DNA of 64,000 bases, taken from Elusimicrobiota bacterium. GTDB lineage: Bacteria > Elusimicrobiota > Elusimicrobia > UBA1565 > UBA9628. Below, piece after piece: positions 33,698-42,402 of this stretch. The stretch spans positions 2,973-66,972 of the forward strand of contig JACRNU010000028.1 in the NCBI GenBank assembly GCA_016234805.1, read 5' to 3'. The notes below the pieces were generated by a model. It saw only the letters and a program-made list of their open reading frames with translations, did no database searches and had not been told where the DNA came from. The position numbers were made by a program, and so were the translations under genes. How positions within the stretch are numbered: the stretch's first letter is position 1; each line of letters opens with the position of its first letter.

Positions 33698-36207
33698 GAA
33701 CGGCTCCCTCGTCACGAAACAAGATGCTGAACCCTGGCGGCGGCCGGGAGGCCGCCGCGATTTGGGTCTACGGCTCGCATGTCAACGGCAAGCCTGACGC
33801 CGTTTCCCTCGAACTGCTGGGAAGAGCCCGACGGCTGGCTGACAACTCGGGAATGCGGCTGGAAGCCGTTGTCCTCGGCGATGGAGCTCTTGCCGCTGCC
33901 AAGACGCTCCTGGAGTACGGACCCTCTACTGTCTTTGTCATAGAAGGGAAGGATCTCGGCAGGGCCGGCACCGCGGTCCAAGCAGCGGCCCTGGCCGAGC
34001 TCGTGAGGAAGCACGGGCCCGACTCCCTTCTGCTCGGAGCGGACCGCGCCAACGCCGCTCTCGCGTCCCGGGTCGCGGCCCGTCTCTCCACGGGCCTGAG
34101 CGCCCATTGCGCTGACCTCAAGCTCGACGGCAGGAACCTCATCCAGACCGTGCCCGGCTTCGGCGGGAACATCATGGCGAACATCGTGTGCCCTGAGGCC
34201 AGGCCCCAGATGGCGACCGTGGCGCCAGGCGTGTTCTCCCCTGTCAAGGGACGCATCCCGGGGGCCCGGGTGGTCTCCGAGACCGTGGCCCTGCCCCGCG
34301 GCATCCCCTTGGTCAGGACCGTGTCATCCCGCTTCGAGCGCAACGGCGCAGGGCCCTCGTCCCTTTCTTCCGCCCGGGTGGTGGTGGCAGGAGGCTTGGG
34401 CGTGGGCTCCAAGAAGAACTGGAGCCTCGTGGAGGACCTGGCCCGGACCCTCCACGGCGCCGTAGGCGCCACCCGGCCGCCCGTGGACGAGGGCTGGGCC
34501 AAGCCCAAGCAGATGATCGGAGCCAGCGGCGTGGCAATCAAGCCAGAGCTCTACATCGGAGCCGGCATCTCCGGCATGATGCACCACACCGTGGGCATCC
34601 AGGCTGCGGGCACCATCGTGGCCATCAACAAGGACCCCGGAGCGCCTATCTTCAAGTCCGCGGATTACGGCGTGGTGGGAGACGTCTCCGAGGTCCTGAC
34701 CGCCCTCATCCACAGGCTCAAGACCGGCAAGGGCATGGGGGTCAAGGCCAAGCCCCTGGGCTCGGCCAAGCCCTCCGAGGCCTATCGCGAGAGCCTGCGC
34801 CGGATGAGGCCCAACATCTACAAGTTCGGCAAGCTCATCACGGACGTGACCACGGACCCGCTCACCAAGCGCACCATCGAGGGCCACGCCCAGCTCTTCG
34901 ACTCGGCCCGCGACCCGCGGCACCAGGACCTCTTCACCACGACCTCGCACCTGACCGGCAAGCGCGTCTCGCGCTACCTCTCGGTCCTGCGCACGGCCGA
35001 GGATATCATCGCCTTGAGCCGCATGAAGCGCGCTGCCTTCAACCTCACCGGCACCTGCACGGGCGGCCGGTGCGTGGGCGGCGCAGCCTTGAACGCCATG
35101 TGGTCCACCACCTACGACGTGGACAAGGAGCGCGGCACCGACTACCACCGCAGGCTCAAGCGCTGGCTGCTCGACGCCCAGGAGCGCGACATCACCTGCT
35201 GCGGGGCCCTGACCGACGCCAAGGGCCACCGAAGGCTTTCCCCCTCCCGCCAGGCCGACCCTGACATGTACCTGCGGATCGTGGCCAGGCGCAAGGACGG
35301 CATCGTGGTGCGGGGCGCCAAGGTCATGATCTGCGGCGCGGCCGCGGCCAACGAGGTCTTCGTCATGCCCGGCACCAGGATGGCGCGCTCCGACGCGGAT
35401 TACGCTGTGAGCTTCGTCATCCCCAAGGACACCCCCGGGCTCACCGTGGTGGAGACCCGCCGGCCCTCGGACGGCAGGGAGGCCGAGGAAGGCTTTGACA
35501 ACCCCGTGTCCAAGGGCGGCATCACCCAGGCCTATCTCTTCTTCGAGAACGTGTTCGTGCCCAAGGAGCGCATCATGCTCTGCGGGGAGTACCAGTTCGC
35601 GGAAACCGCGGTCCTTCGCTTCACCTACCCCTACCGCGCGGCCATCGGCGGCTGCGTGGCCGGCCAGGGAGACGTCATGGTCGGGGCCTCCATCCTCATC
35701 GCGCGCGCCAACGGCCTGCAGGAGAAGGTCTTCCGCGACAAGTTCGTGCGCATGCTCGTCAACAACGAGACCACCTTCGGCGTGGGCCTGGCCGCGGCGA
35801 TCCTGGGCACAAAACACCCCTCGGGCTCCTGGATCCCGGACCCGGTGATGGCCAACATCAACAAGATCCACGTGGCCACGCTCCCGTACGAGACCAAGAG
35901 GCTCACCCAGGAGATCGCGGGCGGCATCGCCGAGACCGGGTGCATGCCCTCCTACAAGGACTTCACGGACCCCAGGTACGGGCACCTCATCACCAAGTAC
36001 CTCAAGGCCCACGCACCGGCCGAGACCCGGGCCCGCATCGCCCGGCTCATCGAGTGGCTGACCATCGGAGCCGGCGTGCCAGGGTGCATGCACGGCGGCG
36101 GCTCGCCCGACGGAGCGCGCCTGGCCGTCTATGCCCAGGCCAACCTCAAGGACATGGCTGCCATGGCCAAGAAAGTCGGCGGCATCTCAGACATCTCGCT
36201 GGAATAG
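33694..36207 (+). CDS. In-frame fusion of the electron transfer flavoprotein alpha subunit (~345 aa) with a 4-hydroxybutyryl-CoA dehydratase / vinylacetyl-CoA isomerase-family domain (~490 aa)
   Basis: The ATG at 33694 overlaps the etfB stop as ATGA. The EtfA part has VVAGGLGVG, GATRPPVDEGW, QIGASG, ELYIGAGISGMMHH and IVAINKD. From about 34735 the sequence is AbfD-like: YRESLRRMRPNIYKFGK..., TGTCTGGRCVG, GALTDAKG, DGIVVRGAK, DYAVSF, GGCVAG and GSPDGARL. There is no stop codon between the two parts. Confidence 0.8.
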   Translation: MRTAPSSRNKMLNPGGGREAAAIWVYGSHVNGKPDAVSLELLGRARRLADNSGMRLEAVVLGDGALAAAKTLLEYGPSTVFVIEGKDLGRAGTAVQAAALAELVRKHGPDSLLLGADRANAALASRVAARLSTGLSAHCADLKLDGRNLIQTVPGFGGNIMANIVCPEARPQMATVAPGVFSPVKGRIPGARVVSETVALPRGIPLVRTVSSRFERNGAGPSSLSSARVVVAGGLGVGSKKNWSLVEDLARTLHGAVGATRPPVDEGWAKPKQMIGASGVAIKPELYIGAGISGMMHHTVGIQAAGTIVAINKDPGAPIFKSADYGVVGDVSEVLTALIHRLKTGKGMGVKAKPLGSAKPSEAYRESLRRMRPNIYKFGKLITDVTTDPLTKRTIEGHAQLFDSARDPRHQDLFTTTSHLTGKRVSRYLSVLRTAEDIIALSRMKRAAFNLTGTCTGGRCVGGAALNAMWSTTYDVDKERGTDYHRRLKRWLLDAQERDITCCGALTDAKGHRRLSPSRQADPDMYLRIVARRKDGIVVRGAKVMICGAAAANEVFVMPGTRMARSDADYAVSFVIPKDTPGLTVVETRRPSDGREAEEGFDNPVSKGGITQAYLFFENVFVPKERIMLCGEYQFAETAVLRFTYPYRAAIGGCVAGQGDVMVGASILIARANGLQEKVFRDKFVRMLVNNETTFGVGLAAAILGTKHPSGSWIPDPVMANINKIHVATLPYETKRLTQEIAGGIAETGCMPSYKDFTDPRYGHLITKYLKAHAPAETRARIARLIEWLTIGAGVPGCMHGGGSPDGARLAVYAQANLKDMAAMAKKVGGISDISLE

Positions 36208-36222
36208 TACGGAGGCAGGAAC

Positions 36223-36777
36223 ATGGAATTCTACGCCGCCATCCGCACCCGCCAATCGGTCCGGAGCTATAAGCCTGATCCCATCCCCCAGGACGCGCTC
36301 CAGCGCATCCTGGAAGCATTCCAGTCAGCGCCCTCCTGGGCCAATTGCCAGCCCTGGGAATTGATCCTCGTGTCCGACCCGGCTCTCAAAGCCGGGCTCC
36401 AGGCCTGCCTGCCTGAGAACAACCCGGCTCGACGCGCCATGCTCGAAGCCCCGGTCCTGGCTGTGGCAGTAGGCATCGAAGGAAAGTCCGGGTTCTACAA
36501 AGGCCAGGCCTCGACGGCGCGCGGGGACTGGATGCTCTTCGACCTAGGGATCGCGGCCGAGCACCTGTGCCTGGCCGCCGCGGCCGAAGGATTGGGCACC
36601 GTGCACTGCGCCCTCTTCGATTTCGCCAAGGCCAACGGGGTCCTGGGCGTGCCCGCGGGCCGCAGCGTGGTCGAGATCATCCCCATGGGCTATCCCGCCA
36701 AGGAGACCAGGCGCGTGCCCCGCAAGGACTTGAAGGAGTTCGCGTTCAAGGACCGGCACGGCGCCGGTTATCTCTAG
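36223..36777 (+). CDS. Nitroreductase-family FMN oxidoreductase
   Basis: The sequence reads IRTRQSVRSYKPDPIP...APSWANCQPWE...DLGIAAEHLCLAA. Confidence 0.85.
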   Translation: MEFYAAIRTRQSVRSYKPDPIPQDALQRILEAFQSAPSWANCQPWELILVSDPALKAGLQACLPENNPARRAMLEAPVLAVAVGIEGKSGFYKGQASTARGDWMLFDLGIAAEHLCLAAAAEGLGTVHCALFDFAKANGVLGVPAGRSVVEIIPMGYPAKETRRVPRKDLKEFAFKDRHGAGYL

Positions 36778-37729
36778 CTCCATCCGCGAAGCCGGAGCGC
36801 ATGGCGTTCGCGAAGACCTTCTCGAAGTCGTCCGCGGTGAATCCGGCATCCTCCGCCAGGCGGAACTCGCCGTTCAGGCCGCAGTTCAGGGGGCCTGGAT
36901 CGTCGGTGTTGATGGAGAAGTTCATGCCCAGTTCCCGCGCCCTGGCCAGAGGGTGCTCCTGGCCGGGGGCGAGCGCGCCGAAGACGCGATTGCTGGTGGG
37001 GCAGAATTCCACGTGAACATCGTCCTTCAAGATGCGCTCCAGAAGCTTTTCGTCGCGGAAGGCCGCGATGGCGTGGCCGAGGCGGTCGGGCTTGCCGTTC
37101 TCCAGAGCATCCCACACCGATTCGGGGCCGCACCATTCCCCGGCATGGATCTCGATGCCGAGCCCGCTGTCTTTCAGGCCGGCCAGGATGTCCTTGATGG
37201 ACGCGACCGTCGAGTCCGATTCCTCCCCGGCCATGAAGATCCCGCGGATCAAGCCCTCCTTGCTCAGTTCCAGGGCGCGGCGCGCCTGCAGGCCCGCCCG
37301 TTCGGCCGGCCCCCTGACGATCGGGGAGAGGAACTCCACCTGCAGGCGGCCGCCGGCCGCCTTGTCGGCTTCGAGCCGCAGGAGTCGGTAGGCGTCGATC
37401 GCCCTCCTCGGGCCCTTGTCGCGCGGGAACAAAAGGCCGGAAACCATGATCTCGAGGTAGCCCGCGCCCTGCTCCGCGGCGCGCCGGACGTATTGGGCGA
37501 CCAGCCGGGACTGCCAGACATCCCCGGGGACGAGCAGGGGTTCCACGGCCGCGGCGTAACGGCCTATCCAATCGGCCTTGTCCATCACCGGGCATAGGTG
37601 GGCGAAGGCCTCCCGGGTGATCGGCAGGGCAAAGCCCTCAGCGGCCAGGTCCTCCAGCATGCGCCTGTCCAGCACCCCGTCGCTGTGGCAATGGAGTTCG
37701 GCCTTGTCGACGCGGTCCAGCCGGGCCAT
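36746..37729 (-). CDS. add: Adenosine/adenine deaminase family metallo-hydrolase
   Basis: The start is reset to MARLDRVDKAELHCHSDG (HxH). It has IHAGEW, DRLGHA, EFCPTSN and SINTDDP. Its 3' end overlaps the nitroreductase gene by 32 nt in a convergent arrangement. Confidence 0.85.
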   Translation of the reverse strand: MARLDRVDKAELHCHSDGVLDRRMLEDLAAEGFALPITREAFAHLCPVMDKADWIGRYAAAVEPLLVPGDVWQSRLVAQYVRRAAEQGAGYLEIMVSGLLFPRDKGPRRAIDAYRLLRLEADKAAGGRLQVEFLSPIVRGPAERAGLQARRALELSKEGLIRGIFMAGEESDSTVASIKDILAGLKDSGLGIEIHAGEWCGPESVWDALENGKPDRLGHAIAAFRDEKLLERILKDDVHVEFCPTSNRVFGALAPGQEHPLARARELGMNFSINTDDPGPLNCGLNGEFRLAEDAGFTADDFEKVFANAMRSGFADGARDNRRRAGP

Positions 37730-37808
37730 CAGGGCATGATACCATGAGAAGCGGCCCCGTGGAAGACCCACGCCTGCCGTGCGAGCCTCTGCGGCATGAA
37801 TCGCAACA

Positions 37809-37837
37809 TTGACAACCCGGGCCCGCCATGCTAGATT
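37809..37837 (+). promoter_or_regulatory. Sigma-70-like promoter: TTGACA, 17 nt spacer, TAGATT. It implies a leaderless or near-leaderless mRNA.
   Basis: TTGACA lies at 37809..37814, the spacer is 17 nt, and TAGATT lies at 37832..37837. The ATG of the next gene is at 37847, only 9 nt after the -10 box, and no SD is present. Confidence 0.55.
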
Positions 37838-37846
37838 GACCGGACC

Positions 37847-38659
37847 ATGATCCCCCTGCTTGCCGCGCTCCTCGCGTTCCCCGTCTCCACGACGACCGCC
37901 GGGCCGCCGCACTCGGTCGCCGTCGAGCTGGTCTACGGCCGAAAGACGTTCAAGAAGGTCATCCGCCTCAACGAAGACGCGGACCGTTACGGCCTGGGCA
38001 CCTTCACCAGGCCGCCCGAACCGGCTCAAGAACTGAAATTCGACGCCGTCATCTGGCCCGCCGGCGGCCGCGCGCTGAGCGTGAAATATCGGATCGGCCT
38101 CTTCGTCCCCCGCCGCAACGGCCAAGACCCGATTCAAATGAACGACTCCGGCACGGTCGAGATATCTTCCGGCTCGCGTGTCACCGTCGCCGAGTGCGGA
38201 GACTGGAAAGTAGCCTTGACGATCGACGGCGGCGCCGCCGCGACCGCCTGGGACGCGCCCGCGACGAGCAACTATCGGCTGACGGCGGACGCCTCGGGCC
38301 ACCGATGGCGGCAAACATGCCGGCACGTGGGAACGCCCGACGACGGGATAAACATCACCGTAGGCCATTTCGTGAACGGGCGTCAGGATGTGTTCGGCAT
38401 GATCGTCGACCCTTTGAAAAGACTACCCGAAGGATTCAACGTCCGCCATCTCGTCACGGACGACACTCCCTTGCGCCCGCCGCTCAACGCCCGGGGTTCC
38501 GCGATCCTCGCGCCGGGTCGAAAGACCAGCGTCGACGCGAAAGGCTACACCGTCGGATTGCTGCTCGAGACCTCGGCGGGGATGGACGCGGCCGCGCCGG
38601 CCGCCTCCGCGCCCCGACAAGCCCCGAAAGAGCCCGAGACCGTCCCTCTCCTGCGCTGA
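37847..38659 (+). CDS. Exported hypothetical protein
   Basis: It has a short N-terminal hydrophobic signal (MIPLLAALLAFPVSTTTA) and no motif I recognise. Third-position GC bias supports coding. Confidence 0.6.
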   Translation: MIPLLAALLAFPVSTTTAGPPHSVAVELVYGRKTFKKVIRLNEDADRYGLGTFTRPPEPAQELKFDAVIWPAGGRALSVKYRIGLFVPRRNGQDPIQMNDSGTVEISSGSRVTVAECGDWKVALTIDGGAAATAWDAPATSNYRLTADASGHRWRQTCRHVGTPDDGINITVGHFVNGRQDVFGMIVDPLKRLPEGFNVRHLVTDDTPLRPPLNARGSAILAPGRKTSVDAKGYTVGLLLETSAGMDAAAPAASAPRQAPKEPETVPLLR

Positions 38660-38680
38660 TCCTTCTCCACGCAAGGGTCT

Positions 38681-39355
38681 ATGCCCTATGATATCATGGG
38701 TCTTATGCCCTTGCCCCGTATCGTTGCCGCGACGCTGGCCGCCTGCGTCATGCTGGCAACGGCCGCCCCTGCCTCGGCCGAGGACCCCAAGCTCATCACC
38801 GAGGCCGGCTACGCTTTTCACGAGTGGTCCCAACCCATCGCCGCGTGCCTGGCGGCCGGCTGCCAGGACGTCCGGAACGTGGATCTCCGCGGCCCGTACG
38901 GCCGCGTCTCCATGGCCGGCAGGCGCATGTACTTCTGGGCCGCCTACGAATCCCTCTCGTCGGACAAGACGTTCATGTTCCATACCACGGACGCGGAGCA
39001 GGCGCTCTCGGGGGCGCTGACCGAGACCATCAGGGACATCAAGCTGACACAGATCGACATCGGCACCGGGTTCAGGCGCATGGGGTCCTCCCTGGGGTTC
39101 TACGGCGGTACCGGGACGGGCTTCGCGACCTTCAAGAAGACGAACGTGGTGTCCTATCGGGCGGCGGGCGACCGGGTCTTCACGAGCAGCGTCTCCTACA
39201 CCTACCTATCCCTGGCGGCCGGCCTCTACCTGATGCCCATCAAGCACGTGGTGTTGAGCTGCAACGCGAGGTATATACCCGAGGCTTTCGTGTTCGCTCC
39301 TACGCCCCTCGGAGCCGGCCTCCACCTCTCGGCGGGCGCCGGCCTGGCGTTCTGA
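38681..39355 (+). CDS. Exported hypothetical protein, small beta-barrel OMP-like
   Basis: The signal peptide is ...IVAATLAACVMLATAAPASA|E. The C-terminus ends LSAGAGLAF. The start may be the ATG at 38696. Confidence 0.55.
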   Translation: MPYDIMGLMPLPRIVAATLAACVMLATAAPASAEDPKLITEAGYAFHEWSQPIAACLAAGCQDVRNVDLRGPYGRVSMAGRRMYFWAAYESLSSDKTFMFHTTDAEQALSGALTETIRDIKLTQIDIGTGFRRMGSSLGFYGGTGTGFATFKKTNVVSYRAAGDRVFTSSVSYTYLSLAAGLYLMPIKHVVLSCNARYIPEAFVFAPTPLGAGLHLSAGAGLAF

Positions 39356-39583
39356 CGGGGTCCGGCATAGGACCTAGGACCCGGATGGGGCAGGGCCCAA
39401 AGCCCCTGGAACTGCGCCGCGCTCCGCGGCATCCTTGGTGGTGATGACGATCAGACCGCATCGCATCCTTTTGCTGATCCTCCTCATCGACCTCACCTCC
39501 GGCCTCTGAAGTCCCCGCCCCGCCTGTCCAGCCGTTGACTCCGTCGCAGGCCCTTCCGGACGATTGAAGCGCGAGGTGAAACC

Positions 39584-40294
39584 ATGAAAACGATGTGGAT
39601 GATTGTCCTGGCGGTCTCTCTGTTCGCAACAGGCCCGAGGGCGCACAGCGCGGGATACGACTTCGAGGCCTGCGGCCCGGAGCGCAAGGTGACTGATTCC
39701 GCGGCGCGCAGGGACAGCCCTTCGGGTTATTCGTACCCCAAGTTCTTGAAGAGCGGGGGACGGATCGTGTTCACTGGGCGGTATTCCAGCAATGACCGCG
39801 CATTCCGCTATGACGCGGTCGGGCTCGGCGGCGGAAAGCCGGAATTCTACGCTGAATCGGAAGGTTGGTCATCGGGGTTCTACGCCGCCGACCCTGCCGT
39901 TCACGCAGGAGCGTGTTCCGCGGAGCTCTGCGTAGCCGACTCCTTCGGCGAGCATCAGACCTGGCAGAACATCATCCTCCTGACCCATCGGGGGACAGGG
40001 AAGACCGTCCCGGTCTCCATCGGCTTGGGCAATCACAGGTCGCCCACCATCACCCCGGACGGCAAGAAGATCATCTTCTCCTACAACAGCCGGGGCAGGG
40101 ATGACGCCTTCAGCCTGATGATCGCCGACACGGACGGCTCGGACGCCAGGGTCCTCGTGGAAGGCGAAAGCCGGCGGCACGTCAACTGGCTTCCCTCCGT
40201 GAGCCCTGACGGAAGATTCGTGGCGTACGGCAAGGAAGGAAGCTACGGGCCCGGGTATTTCCAGAGCGACATCTACGTCAAGTGCCTGCGCTGA
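39584..40294 (+). CDS. Exported protein with TolB-like (PD40/WD40-like) beta-propeller repeats
   Basis: The signal peptide is MKTMWMIVLAVSLFATGPRAHS|A. The repeated motifs PTITPDGKKIIFS and PSVSPDGRFVAYG are typical of PD40 blades. Confidence 0.65.
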   Translation: MKTMWMIVLAVSLFATGPRAHSAGYDFEACGPERKVTDSAARRDSPSGYSYPKFLKSGGRIVFTGRYSSNDRAFRYDAVGLGGGKPEFYAESEGWSSGFYAADPAVHAGACSAELCVADSFGEHQTWQNIILLTHRGTGKTVPVSIGLGNHRSPTITPDGKKIIFSYNSRGRDDAFSLMIADTDGSDARVLVEGESRRHVNWLPSVSPDGRFVAYGKEGSYGPGYFQSDIYVKCLR

Positions 40295-40368
40295 CGAGGA
40301 CCCCGGCATGATCATCCGCGCTCGACGTCGGAATATGCCCGTTCCTTGGCCGCGCTGTGCCGTCTTGC

Positions 40369-41367
40369 TCAACGCTTGATGCCGGCCAGGAAGGCGAACA
40401 ACTCGTCGAGGGCGCGGCGCTGGCCGGGGGAGGCCCGGCCGTAGAACTTCTGCGTGAAAAGCCCCGGGTAGGTCTTCCAGGCGTTGAAGGAGCTCGCGAA
40501 GAGCTCCGACGGGTTGTCGTAGGCGTGCCCGAGGGGATACCGGCTGGATACGAAGTTCGACTCGTTGAACCAGGCGATCACGGACCCCGCCGCGGCCTCA
40601 TAGTGATTCGTCGGCGTGAAACCGCCCTCTTCCTTCGCCGGGACCTGGGCCAGCCTGTGGTACAGGAGCCGGAAGGACTCCGCCTCCTCCGGGGAGAGGG
40701 TGTCGAATAGGATGTGGGCGAACTCGTGGCTCACGACGGCGACGGCCTCCTCCTTGTTGCCGTGGCTGAGGAGCTTCATGCCGTTCTTCGTCCGAAAGGA
40801 ATTGGAGTGCCCCACCTCGATCTTCAGCTCTCTTCCGGCGAGATAGGCTTCGGTCAAGGAGCGGAGGGTGTCTCCCATGGCGTTGAGCATCGCGTCCGGC
40901 ATGGGGAATTCCTGCCTGCTGCCGTCCTCGACGATCAGGACCGGACCGAACTTGGTCTCGCGGCCCGGCAGATCGACGACCCTCTCGACGTCCTGCCTGC
41001 GGGCCTCGGGGCCGGAGCCCAGGAAGAACCTCAGTTGGACGATGTTGGCGCCCGTCTTGAGGAGGTCCACGCCGCGCAGGACCGTCAGCTTGCGGCGCAG
41101 CTCGTCCTGGACGGGGATTCCGTCCTCGTCCGGCCTCCCGGAGTCGGGATCGTAGGCGCCGAAATTGTGGAGGACGCGCGCCGGGCCGCCGTTCACGCGT
41201 ATCTCGACCTTTCTGGCCTCCCGGTGGAAGTCGGAGGACAATTGCATGTCCAGCCGAGGGAAGAACCGGGAGCGGGAACCCTCCTCGAAGGACCAGTCCT
41301 GTCCGGAGCAGAGGCAGGGGACCGCGCAGGCGGCTCCCACCAACGCGAGGCGGAGCGAAAGTCTCAT
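40369..41367 (-). CDS. Exported putative zinc metalloprotease (HExxH)
   Basis: The signal peptide is MRLSLRLALVGAACAVPCLCSG|Q. VAVVSHEFAHILF is the only HExxH in the protein. I do not recognise the family. Confidence 0.55.
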   Translation of the reverse strand: MRLSLRLALVGAACAVPCLCSGQDWSFEEGSRSRFFPRLDMQLSSDFHREARKVEIRVNGGPARVLHNFGAYDPDSGRPDEDGIPVQDELRRKLTVLRGVDLLKTGANIVQLRFFLGSGPEARRQDVERVVDLPGRETKFGPVLIVEDGSRQEFPMPDAMLNAMGDTLRSLTEAYLAGRELKIEVGHSNSFRTKNGMKLLSHGNKEEAVAVVSHEFAHILFDTLSPEEAESFRLLYHRLAQVPAKEEGGFTPTNHYEAAAGSVIAWFNESNFVSSRYPLGHAYDNPSELFASSFNAWKTYPGLFTQKFYGRASPGQRRALDELFAFLAGIKR

Positions 41368-41456
41368 CGGGGACGCCTCATGGGGGAAGTTTACCCCCTG
41401 CCCGCGCTGATTTCAAGACCCAGCAACCAGGGGCCTGCTATTACTCGGACGGACTC

Positions 41457-42395
41457 CTAGGGGACACGGATGTTGAGATCGAGCCTTTGTTCGGCAGGGC
41501 GCTCCGCGATATAGGCCTCGAAGATGGAGGTCACGCCTTGGTGGCGCATGACGACGGTATAGATGTTGGGCATGATGGCCGGTATCTCGAAGGCGCCGTC
41601 GCCGCCGACAACGGCTTTGACGCGGCCGAAGGAAAGTTCTGCGCCTTCGACGGACAGGGGTCGATCCCGCCAGGCGCCCGTTTTTGCGATATTGGCAATG
41701 CCGCGGACCCGCACGGGCGCGGAGCTGTACGCGGAGGGGTCGCGATAAGACACCGAGAGGCTGTACTCGCCATTGCTTTCCGAGAAGGCATCCGTGGTCT
41801 GGAGCACGATGAGATACGCGCCGTCTTCGGGAAGGTTGAAGCGCATGTGGTGTTCGCCGGAGCCGAGGCCGTCGGTGCGGATCTCGCCGGGACTGCTCGC
41901 GCCTAGGATATGCCGGCGCATCAGCTGCCAAAGGTTCATGTCGTTCGTGTTCTTGGGCGCGGCGCCGCCCCACCAGATGCTGACGGCGATCGGGGCGAGG
42001 AGCGAACCCTTCCCGCGGGAACGGGCTTCGAACTCGACCTGGCGGCCTTTTTTCCCGAAAAACCAATGCCCTTCGACGCGCGCGCGGCTGAACGTTCCGT
42101 GGATCGACACCAAGTCGCTGCCCAGCGTGAAGGCGTTGCCAAGCTCAAGGCTCCGCGGGTCAAGCCCGTCGGATCCGCTTTCAGCGAGAACGGCCTGATG
42201 GGGCTCTCCGCTCGGAGTGGAAAGCTGCGAGACCGGCACGCCCTGGATCACTCCTGCGGATAGGGCCGCCAGGGGCGTCTGACCGCGCAGTTCCGCGAAG
42301 CTCACATAGTGGAAGGACTGGCCTTGGTCCTGGGAACTCCAAGCAGCCGGGAAACGCGGGGGTCCTAGGTCCCAGAGCCAGCGGCCTCGTCCCAA
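41457..42395 (-). CDS. Hypothetical protein with beta-sandwich-like C-terminal region (carboxypeptidase-regulatory-like). The start codon is uncertain.
   Basis: The frame is open from 42629, but everything above 42403 overlaps the upstream gene. The first ATG downstream of that stop is far inside the ORF (MNLWQLM). Candidate starts are the TTG at 42395 and the GTG at 42305. I see no signal peptide. Confidence 0.45.
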   Translation of the reverse strand: MGRGRWLWDLGPPRFPAAWSSQDQGQSFHYVSFAELRGQTPLAALSAGVIQGVPVSQLSTPSGEPHQAVLAESGSDGLDPRSLELGNAFTLGSDLVSIHGTFSRARVEGHWFFGKKGRQVEFEARSRGKGSLLAPIAVSIWWGGAAPKNTNDMNLWQLMRRHILGASSPGEIRTDGLGSGEHHMRFNLPEDGAYLIVLQTTDAFSESNGEYSLSVSYRDPSAYSSAPVRVRGIANIAKTGAWRDRPLSVEGAELSFGRVKAVVGGDGAFEIPAIMPNIYTVVMRHQGVTSIFEAYIAERPAEQRLDLNIRVP

Positions 42396-42402
42396 GAACA
42401 GG

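Noticed and set aside
39356-39583. A 228 bp intergenic region inspected for a tRNA, small RNA, small ORF or promoter. It contains a TTGACT hexamer near 39535.
   Set aside because: I found no cloverleaf-compatible arms, no matching -10 box at proper spacing and no credible ORF. Nothing there is supportable by eye.
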